This document shows, piece after piece, positions 18,120 through 25,325 of a stretch of DNA of 36,699 nt; the first letter of the stretch is position 1, and every line of letters begins with the position of its first letter. The position numbers and the translations under genes were made by a program. Under the pieces are notes generated by a model. That model was given only the letters and a program-made list of their open reading frames with translations, was not told the DNA's origin and searched no databases. The DNA comes from Candidatus Krumholzibacteriota bacterium (GTDB taxonomy: Bacteria > Krumholzibacteriota > Krumholzibacteriia > LZORAL124-64-63), in the NCBI GenBank assembly GCA_039714075.1, contig JBDLKA010000025.1:1-36699 (forward strand). The letters run 5' to 3'.

Positions 18120-19307
18120 ATGCAGACAACAGTTGCCTTCCTTCGCCATGTCGGTTTGTTGACTTTCCTTTTCGCGGCCATTTGCGGGCCGGCCACTGCA
18201 CTGGGTCAGGAGGCCGAAGGGAACCGACCCGAACAGCCGGGAGGGATCAACGACAAGCCCTACCTGACCACGATCGGACAGGGAGCCGTTCTCGGCGGCT
18301 ACATGGACATGGAATTCGAATGGGACGAGAACAACAACACCTTCGACCAGCACCGGTTCGTTCCCTTCATCACGGGCCACGTTTCGGAGCGGGTCACGGT
18401 GTCGGCCGAAATCGAATTCGAACACGGCGGCAACGTGGACGGTGACGGGGAAATCAAGCTGGAATACGCGGTCATGGATTTCGCTTTTTCCGAGGGGCTC
18501 AATTTCCGGGGCGGGGTCATCCTCAGTCCGCTGGGGTCCTTCAACCTTCTCCACGACAGTCCCCTCAACGACCTGACCAGCCGTCCGGTGGTCAGCCGCC
18601 AGATCATCCCGTCGACCCTCAGCGAAGCGGGGATGGGCCTGTTCGGCACCCTGTACCCGGGTGAGGAAGCGGTGCTCAGCTACCAGGCCTTCCTGGTCAA
18701 CGGGTTCGACGGGGGAATCATCCAGGAAGTCGAAGATGACGGAGGCAACGTGATCGACGGCCGGTTGCGGATCCGGGGAGGCCGGGGCAGCCAGAAGAAG
18801 GACAACAACAACGACAAGGCCATCGTCGCCCGGGCGGGGTTCAGCCCCGTCCTGGGGTCCAGCGTGGGGCTTTCCGTCCACAGCGGCAAATACGATGACG
18901 CCGGCAACCATCGGGTCACCATCGGGGCCCTGGACGCCAAGGTGACCTTCGGTTCCATCGAATTCCTGGGGGAGTATGCCCTGGCCGCGGCGGACATCGA
19001 CTACGAAAAGTATCCCACCGCCGCGGAAAGCCAGTCCGGTCTGTATGCCCAGGCCAATTATCACCTGCTGCACGATGTGTTCCTGAACGGTTCGGTGGTG
19101 ACCCTGGTGGCCCGGGGTGACCGGGTCGATTTCGATACGGATCACGATGGTGACACCGAGCAGGGTTTCACCCTGGGCGCCAACTTCCGTCCCACCGAAG
19201 AGACGGTCTTCAAATTCGACTACAACTGGACCTGGGTTACGCCCCTGGATGGTGAAAGAGGAGACGCCGAGAACCGGTTCTTCTTCTCCTTCGCCACCTA
19301 TTTCTAG
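18120..19307 (+). CDS. Outer-membrane porin-like beta-barrel (OprO/P-like superfamily)
   Basis: GGAGGT RBS; signal peptide; GGYMD...HRFV...EIEFEHG...EYA; C-terminal FSFATYF ending in Phe. Confidence 0.8.
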   Translation: MQTTVAFLRHVGLLTFLFAAICGPATALGQEAEGNRPEQPGGINDKPYLTTIGQGAVLGGYMDMEFEWDENNNTFDQHRFVPFITGHVSERVTVSAEIEFEHGGNVDGDGEIKLEYAVMDFAFSEGLNFRGGVILSPLGSFNLLHDSPLNDLTSRPVVSRQIIPSTLSEAGMGLFGTLYPGEEAVLSYQAFLVNGFDGGIIQEVEDDGGNVIDGRLRIRGGRGSQKKDNNNDKAIVARAGFSPVLGSSVGLSVHSGKYDDAGNHRVTIGALDAKVTFGSIEFLGEYALAAADIDYEKYPTAAESQSGLYAQANYHLLHDVFLNGSVVTLVARGDRVDFDTDHDGDTEQGFTLGANFRPTEETVFKFDYNWTWVTPLDGERGDAENRFFFSFATYF

Positions 19308-19316
19308 GGAGGAAAG

Positions 19317-19922
19317 GTGTTGCGCCGACTCGAACTGATGCTGGTCGCCGCGGTCCTGGCTCTTGCCGGGGCCGCGGGGCCGGTCCGGGGTCAGGACCAG
19401 CTGACCGAGAGTCCCGACGGTCCCGAAGCGGTCAAGGTCTACTTCACGCCGGACGAGGCGCTGGCCCGGGTCTTCGCCGAAGCGGATTCCCTGTGGTCCG
19501 AGGAATGGATCCCGACCCCGGGACAGAGGTCGGAGCTGGAAACCCGCCTGGGCTGGGCCGTCACCGGGGAAACGTTTGTCGTCCACCGTGGGATCAGGGA
19601 CGGACAGGACCAGGGCTACGCGATGATCATGGAGGAACAGGGGCGCTTCAAGCCCATCACCTTCATGGTCAAGGTGAAGGCCGACCTGCGGGTGGAAATG
19701 GTCCTGGTCATGGTCTACCGGGAATCGCGGGGTGACGGGGTGAAGCGCCAACGCTTCCTGAAACAGTTCCGCGACAAGGACGAATCGGATCACCTGAGGT
19801 TGAACCGCGACATCGTGGCCGTCAGCGGAGCGACCATGTCCAGCCGCGCCCTGGCCATTGGTGTCAAAAAGGCCCTGGCCATCCTGACCTTGAAGCATGC
19901 CCCACGGAAAGACGGCCCATGA
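19317..19922 (+). CDS. Secreted FMN-binding domain protein (ApbE flavinylation substrate)
   Basis: Signal peptide; PITFMV; YRESRG; FLKQF; AVSGATMSS flavinylation motif with the Thr codon at 19833-19835. Confidence 0.88.
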   Translation: MLRRLELMLVAAVLALAGAAGPVRGQDQLTESPDGPEAVKVYFTPDEALARVFAEADSLWSEEWIPTPGQRSELETRLGWAVTGETFVVHRGIRDGQDQGYAMIMEEQGRFKPITFMVKVKADLRVEMVLVMVYRESRGDGVKRQRFLKQFRDKDESDHLRLNRDIVAVSGATMSSRALAIGVKKALAILTLKHAPRKDGP

Positions 19923-20608
19923 CCGAAAAGCAGATGAAATCCGGCCTGCGCAGCAGCCACCGTTGGGTGGGGGCCCTGGCGGCCGTCCTCCTGTTTCTGG
20001 CGGGCGCCAGCGGTTTCCTGCTGCAGCATCCCTCCTGGCTGGGACCGGCGGCCAACCCGACTTTCGCGGTGGCCGCCGACCCGGTGGTTCCCGGGCGTCT
20101 GCTTCGGGGTACCCACTGGGGTGTCGAGGAATCGACCGATCAAGGCCTTACCTGGCGGGAAATCGATATGCTGGCCCCGCCGACGGATGTGGTCCGGGTC
20201 ATTTTTGCTCCTGATGATCCGCGGTTGGTCCACGCCCTGGGCCGGGACGCGCTGGTTCGCTCCCGGGACGGGGGGCGCATCTGGCAGGAGGTTCCGATCA
20301 ATGCGACCGGGCTTCAACCGGACACCCGTTTTCTCGACCTGGGGATCGCGCCCGGTGGGGTTCTGTATCTTTTGACGGACGACGGTCTGTTGGGCAGTTC
20401 CGACGGCGGCCTTTCCTGGGACCGGCGAGGTACAGCGACCGGGAAGGCCTCCCGGGATTGGCGAGGCCTCATCCACGATCTTCATACCGGACATATCCTG
20501 GGCGCGACCGGCCGCCGGATCGCCGAAACCGGGGCGCTGGCCCTGCTGTTCATCACCGTGACCGGCCTGGTTCTCCTGCGGCGGAACGGAAAGGTGTTCC
20601 GCCGATGA
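19919..20608 (+). CDS. PepSY-associated TM-helix protein (putative b-type cytochrome) with three Asp-box/BNR repeats
   Basis: HRWVG-TM-SG..L.H; DLHTG-TM-TG; Asp boxes STDQGLTW, SRDGGRIW and SSDGGLSW. Confidence 0.8.
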   Translation: MTEKQMKSGLRSSHRWVGALAAVLLFLAGASGFLLQHPSWLGPAANPTFAVAADPVVPGRLLRGTHWGVEESTDQGLTWREIDMLAPPTDVVRVIFAPDDPRLVHALGRDALVRSRDGGRIWQEVPINATGLQPDTRFLDLGIAPGGVLYLLTDDGLLGSSDGGLSWDRRGTATGKASRDWRGLIHDLHTGHILGATGRRIAETGALALLFITVTGLVLLRRNGKVFRR

Positions 20609-21660
20609 TCCGCCTCCTGGCATTGACCTTGTTGGTGTGGTCGGGAGCGGTGGCTTCAGCGGAAGAGCAGGTGTCCCGGGAGCAGGTGCGGTATGTCATG
20701 GGCACCACCGCCACGGTCCGGGCCTGGGCTCCGGATGCGGAGTCGGCCGCCCTGGCCGTCGAGGCGGCCTACGCGGCTTTTGCCCGGACGGACTCCCTGA
20801 TGAGCACCTGGCGCGACGACAGTGTCCTCAGCAGGTTGAATCGTTCCGTGGCCGGCCACTGGGTGGAGGTGGGCCCGGAAGTCTGCGGGGTGCTTGACGA
20901 GGCCAAGAGGGTGGCCGAAGCCAGTAAGGGGGCTTTCGATCCGACCGTGCTGCCTCTCGTCCGGCTGTGGGGCTTTCGGGACGGCGACGTCGCGCTGCCT
21001 GATGCGCAGGTCCTGGACAATGTCCTTCATTCCGTCGGCCATGACCTTTTGGAATTGGACCTGCCTGGGGGTCGCGCGCGCCTGCTTACCCAGGATGCGG
21101 CGGTCGATCTGGGCGGCATCGCCAAGGGGCATGCCCTGGAACAGGCCGCGCGGGCGATGCAAAATGCCGGGGCCGGCAGCGGGGTTGTCGATCTGGGCGG
21201 CAATATCCTGGTTTTTGGTCCGGCGACCGCAAGGCAGGTGGGTATCGTGGATCCTCGCCGGGAAGACCGGCTTCTGGCCGCGGTTCTCTTGACCGACGCG
21301 GCGGTGGCCACATCTGGACAATATGAAAGATTTTTGACCATCGAGGGCCGTCGCTACGGACACATTCTGGACCCGCGCAGCGGTTGGCCGGTGCCCTCGG
21401 GGATAAGCGTTACCGTGGTCGCCGGGCGGGCGATCCTGGCCGACGCCCTGGCCACCGCGGCCGTGGTTCTGGGACCGGACGATGGCCTGGCCCTGCTGGA
21501 GAGGATTTCGGGAGTGGAAGGAGTTCTGGCGGTTCCCGATGGCCGGGGCGGTTTGGGACTCAAAACAACGTCCGGATACGTCCCGGTGCCGGAGTCCCCC
21601 GGGACGGCCCACGGTTTGCAATCTTGTTCAAAGGAGGGGAAAGCACAGCAAACACATTGA
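20605..21660 (+). CDS. apbE: FAD:protein FMN transferase
   Basis: MGT; GAFDPTV.PL..LWGF; DLGGIAKG; ATSGQYER; HILDPRSG; ADALATA. Start ATG 20605 overlaps the upstream TGA. Confidence 0.95.
   Translation: MIRLLALTLLVWSGAVASAEEQVSREQVRYVMGTTATVRAWAPDAESAALAVEAAYAAFARTDSLMSTWRDDSVLSRLNRSVAGHWVEVGPEVCGVLDEAKRVAEASKGAFDPTVLPLVRLWGFRDGDVALPDAQVLDNVLHSVGHDLLELDLPGGRARLLTQDAAVDLGGIAKGHALEQAARAMQNAGAGSGVVDLGGNILVFGPATARQVGIVDPRREDRLLAAVLLTDAAVATSGQYERFLTIEGRRYGHILDPRSGWPVPSGISVTVVAGRAILADALATAAVVLGPDDGLALLERISGVEGVLAVPDGRGGLGLKTTSGYVPVPESPGTAHGLQSCSKEGKAQQTH
21605..21620 (+). promoter_or_regulatory. Candidate sigma54 promoter for the LysM-hydrolase gene, inside the 3' tail of apbE
   Basis: CGGCCCACGGTTTGCA has GG(21606-07)-N10-GC(21618-19) with a canonical TTGCA -12 element. 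Confidence 0.4.
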
Positions 21661-21672
21661 GTTGAGCAACAT

Positions 21673-23109
21673 TTGGCGGTTCCCACATTGCAAATTGCAA
21701 CACGCATCCTGGTTTGGGTCATCTTTATTTCCCTTTTCAGTCTTCAGCCGAACATACCGGGGCTTTTTGCGGGGTCCGGGCAGGCCCGGGCTGAACAGGC
21801 CGACGCGAACTCGCTTTCCTACACCGTTCAGTCAGGCGACACCCTGCTGAAAATCTGTTCCCGCCACCGCCACCTGACCAATCACTATTCCCTGACGGAC
21901 ATGTTGACGGCGATCCGCCGCGCCAATGGTCTGGAATCGAATTTCCTGCGCATCGGACAGAAGCTTCAGATTCCCGTGATTGAAAAAGAGAATTTCAGCC
22001 GGGTGACCCACCGGATGGGTGCCGGAGCGGAAATGCGGGGCATCTACCTGACTGGGCCGGCCTGCGGGGTCTCGACGGTTCTGGCCCGGGTGGACCGGTT
22101 CATCGAGGCGGGCGGCAACGCGGTCGTGTTCGACGCCAAGGATATCGACGGCGGAGTTTCCTACTTCAGCCGCCACGGTCTGGCGTCCTGGGGCGCGGGG
22201 CGTTCGGGGCCGGTCATTTCCTCCCTGGACGACATGATGAGCCGGCTGGACCAGCGCGGCCTTTACGTGGTGGCCCGGATCGCCCTCTTCCTGGACGGCG
22301 AATTGGGCAGGCGGCGGCCGGATCTTGCGCTACACGATTCCACCGGCGCGGTCTGGTCCGAAAGAGGCTGTGTCTGGGTGGATCCCGCCAACCGGGAAGT
22401 CGTCCAGTACAACCTGGCCCTGGCGGGGGAACTGGCCCGGGCCGGGGTGGACGAAATCCAGTTCGATTACGTGCGCTTCCCCACCAACGGCTGGATGGGG
22501 GACGGGCAGGGCGACCTCGAGGCTGTGGCGGTCCGCCGCCGCACGGTCATCGCGGATTTCCTGTCCGCGGCGCGGGATACCCTGGACGGCTACGGGGTGA
22601 AGATCTCGGCGGACCTCTATGGAATCATGGCCTGGGACCAGATTGAAGACCTGGCCCTGACCGGGCAGCATGTGCCGACCATTGCCTCGTTGGTGGACGT
22701 CATCTGCCCCATGATCTACCCCTCCCATTTCGGGCCGGGTTTCGAAGGCCGCAAAAGGCCGGGTGACGATCCGGTGTATTTCATTTCCGAAGGGACCCGC
22801 CGCTTCCTCGATCTGGCCGCCGGTCAGGCCGAGGTGCGCCCCTGGCTTCAGGCCTTTCCCTACCGCGTGACCCGTTTCGACGGGGAATACATCACCGCCC
22901 AGGTCCAGGCCTCCAGGACCGCGGGGGGAGACGGGTGGAGTCTGTGGAATCCTTCCTGCAACTACGAAGTGGCCCTGAATGTCATGCCCGGCATATGCGG
23001 GGACCGGGTCGTCAGCCAGGCGGCCACGGAGACGGGGACCTACGCGGTCGGTTCGGCAGGCGCCGCGGGCCCGACCCGGCCCGGGTTCAGCGACACTCCC
23101 GGACAATAA
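21673..23109 (+). CDS. LysM domain plus putative glycoside hydrolase (DUF4015 / GHL-type TIM barrel)
   Basis: YTVQSGDTL...IRRANGL...IGQKLQIP; RGIYLT; WVDP; DEIQFDYVRFP; PMIYPSHF; RPWLQAF; LWNP. Start codon uncertain (TTG with weak RBS). Confidence 0.82.
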   Translation: MAVPTLQIATRILVWVIFISLFSLQPNIPGLFAGSGQARAEQADANSLSYTVQSGDTLLKICSRHRHLTNHYSLTDMLTAIRRANGLESNFLRIGQKLQIPVIEKENFSRVTHRMGAGAEMRGIYLTGPACGVSTVLARVDRFIEAGGNAVVFDAKDIDGGVSYFSRHGLASWGAGRSGPVISSLDDMMSRLDQRGLYVVARIALFLDGELGRRRPDLALHDSTGAVWSERGCVWVDPANREVVQYNLALAGELARAGVDEIQFDYVRFPTNGWMGDGQGDLEAVAVRRRTVIADFLSAARDTLDGYGVKISADLYGIMAWDQIEDLALTGQHVPTIASLVDVICPMIYPSHFGPGFEGRKRPGDDPVYFISEGTRRFLDLAAGQAEVRPWLQAFPYRVTRFDGEYITAQVQASRTAGGDGWSLWNPSCNYEVALNVMPGICGDRVVSQAATETGTYAVGSAGAAGPTRPGFSDTPGQ

Positions 23110-23207
23110 TTTCACCAGGTTAATAAAATCCCATGGCATCCCTCAGGGCGGCGGTATAAATTCGGCGGATAACCGGAACCGTGAATCCGCCGCCAAAGGA
23201 TGCCGCC

Positions 23208-24416
23208 ATGTCTTTCAGCAAACTAGCCAATGCCATCGGGGCTTCGGTGACCCTGAAACTCAACGCCGAAGCTGCCAGAATGCGGGCCGCGGGGGATCCG
23301 GTCATCCACCTGGGGGGCGGTGAGCCCAAGAGCCTGGCTCCCGAAGCGGCCGTTGAGGCGGGCATCTCCATGCTGAAAACCGGGGAGATCCGCTACACCC
23401 CGGCCGCCGGTACCCCGGCCATGCGCGACGCCATCATCGCCTACACCGAAAAATTCTACGGGCGCAAGGTTGAACGGACCAACGTCATGGCCTCGGCCGG
23501 CGCCAAGCAGGCGATCATGGTGGCCCTGATGGCCCTGGTCGATCCGGGCGATGAAGTGGTGTTTCCGGTGCCCTACTGGGTGAGCTATCCCGACATGACC
23601 CGGCTGGCCGGCGGGATCCCCGTGCCGGTGCGGGCCGCCGACGGTTCCTTCCAACCCTCTTTGGACGAGATGACCGCCGCGATCACTTCCCGGACCAGGG
23701 CGGTGCTGCTGAACAGCCCCAACAATCCTTCGGGCAAGGTATTCGACGGCGAATGGCTGCGGGGGCTGGTGGCTTTTTGCGAGGAACGGGACATCTTCGT
23801 GATGATGGACGACATCTACCACCGGCTGGTTTTCGACGGGCGCAGCGCGGTCCACTGTTACGATTGTACCGATCGTTCGGTGGACGACGCGAAACTGGTC
23901 GTCCTGAACGGCGTGTCCAAGCAGTACGCCATGACCGGGTTCCGTATCGGGTGGGCGGTCGGGCCGGCTGACCTGATCAAGGTGATGGCCAACATCCAGT
24001 CCCATCAATCGGGAGGGCCCTGCAGCCTTTCCCAGACCGCGGCCGTCGCGGCGATCGCGGGCGCCCAGGGTTCGGTCGGCAAGCTGCGCGAGACCCTGGA
24101 AGCCAGCCGCAACGAGTTGATGACCCTGCTGGGAGAGATCCCGGGTCTCAAGGCCGACGTGCCCGAAGGAACCTTCTACTGTTTCGCCGATTTCCGGGCC
24201 TTCGACGAGGACTCGTCCCGTCTGGCAGCGCGTCTGCTGGAAAAAATCCAGGTCGTCACCGTGCCGGGGATCGAATTCGGGATGGAGGGGTTCCTGCGCC
24301 TGAGTTACTGCGGCCCCATCGAGGATGTCCGCGAAGGTGCTCGCCGGATCAAGTGGCTGCTCGACGAGAACGGTGCGCCTGAACTGCGGGTCGGTGATAA
24401 GGTCTTTACCCGCTGA
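23208..24416 (+). CDS. PLP-dependent class I aminotransferase (aspartate aminotransferase family)
   Basis: GEP; AGAKQA; PYWVSY; NSPNNPSG; DDIY; PLP-lysine motif NGVSKQYAMTGFRIG; FLRLSY. Confidence 0.93.
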   Translation: MSFSKLANAIGASVTLKLNAEAARMRAAGDPVIHLGGGEPKSLAPEAAVEAGISMLKTGEIRYTPAAGTPAMRDAIIAYTEKFYGRKVERTNVMASAGAKQAIMVALMALVDPGDEVVFPVPYWVSYPDMTRLAGGIPVPVRAADGSFQPSLDEMTAAITSRTRAVLLNSPNNPSGKVFDGEWLRGLVAFCEERDIFVMMDDIYHRLVFDGRSAVHCYDCTDRSVDDAKLVVLNGVSKQYAMTGFRIGWAVGPADLIKVMANIQSHQSGGPCSLSQTAAVAAIAGAQGSVGKLRETLEASRNELMTLLGEIPGLKADVPEGTFYCFADFRAFDEDSSRLAARLLEKIQVVTVPGIEFGMEGFLRLSYCGPIEDVREGARRIKWLLDENGAPELRVGDKVFTR

Positions 24417-24478
24417 GTCGGGACCGGCTCGTGTCCTGCCCAGGTGGCCGCTTTTGTAAATATTGAATATTATTTTTC

Positions 24479-24494
24479 AGGTACGGCATATGCA
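24479..24494 (+). promoter_or_regulatory. Candidate sigma54 promoter of the GNAT gene
   Basis: AGGTACGGCATATGCA has GG(24480-81)-N10-GC(24492-93), preceded by an AT-rich tract and followed by a GAGGGGGAG RBS. Confidence 0.45.
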
Positions 24495-24517
24495 AACCAC
24501 CATCAGAGGGGGAGACC

Positions 24518-25105
24518 ATGGAGAAGAAGGCCCACCTCAGGGACGGAACCGAGATCCTGATCCGGGAGCTGCGGGAGGATGACGTCGAGCGGTCGTTCGA
24601 GTTCTTCGGCGCCCTGCCGAAGAAGGACCGGCTCTACCTGCGGAACGACGTCACCAAGCGCGAGGTGATCGAAGAGCGCATCCAGAAGATGAAGGCCTGC
24701 AAGTGCATCCGCCTGGTCGCGGTGAACGGCGAGGGCCGCATCGTGGCCGACGGCTCGCTCGAGTCCGAATCCTACACGTGGCGGGACCATGTGGCCGAAC
24801 TGCGGCTGATCGTCGCGTCGGACTTCCAGCGCAAGTCCCTCGGCATGCTGCTGGCGCGGGAGCTCTACCTGGTCGCCGCCAGCAAGGGTGTCGAGGAGAT
24901 CGTCGCCCAGTTCATGGCGCCCCAGAAGGCGGCGTTCAAGATCATCGAGCGCCTGGGATTCACCCGGGAGGCGGTCCTGCCCGGCCACGTCAAGGACATC
25001 GCGGGCCACAGGCACGACCTGATCATCATGCGCTGCAAGCTGCAGGAAGTGCTGGACGAGCTCGAGAACTACGTCGCCCGCTACGACTGGCAGCGCACGC
25101 GCTGA
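24518..25105 (+). CDS. Stand-alone GNAT N-acetyltransferase
   Basis: LRDGTEILIR N-terminus like Pat-type GNAT domains; acetyl-CoA motif V.SDFQRKSLG; ERLGF. Confidence 0.88.
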   Translation: MEKKAHLRDGTEILIRELREDDVERSFEFFGALPKKDRLYLRNDVTKREVIEERIQKMKACKCIRLVAVNGEGRIVADGSLESESYTWRDHVAELRLIVASDFQRKSLGMLLARELYLVAASKGVEEIVAQFMAPQKAAFKIIERLGFTREAVLPGHVKDIAGHRHDLIIMRCKLQEVLDELENYVARYDWQRTR

Positions 25106-25271
25106 GTGAATCACGCGACGTAATCCCCACCGCCATATCCCTTCCTGGGAGCGGATACCGATCCCTTCAACCCCGGTACCCGTTTCTCCTTTGAGACGCC
25201 TGCTGACAGGGATCGTCACGTGGCTCCGGTTCGAAACCGTGTGTGGCGCCAATCCATAATGTAGAGTAATA

Positions 25272-25305
25272 TGGTATGATATTGTGATTCTCCAGTCATT
25301 ATCAT
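25272..25305 (+). promoter_or_regulatory. Extended -10 promoter overlapped by an inverted repeat
   Basis: TGgTATGAT at 25272-25280; ATGATATTG-N12-CATTATCAT with 8 of 9 positions paired. Confidence 0.4.
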
Positions 25306-25325
25306 CAAAAAATTGAGGGGAAACC

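Noticed and set aside
21658..21700. Selenocysteine or readthrough at the apbE TGA
   Set aside because: No convincing SECIS (only a 4-bp GTTG/CAAC hairpin), no redox motif context, and the downstream protein has its own leader.
25225..25251. tRNA-like 3' fragment GGTTCGAAACC...GCGCCA next to the atypical gene (possible att scar)
   Set aside because: The T-stem is imperfect, CCA is one base too close, there is no acceptor or anticodon arm, and no integrase or second copy is present.
25276..25305. Fur-box-like half sites GATATTG and CATTATC
   Set aside because: The 12-nt spacer does not fit the 19-bp Fur box; kept only as a generic inverted repeat.
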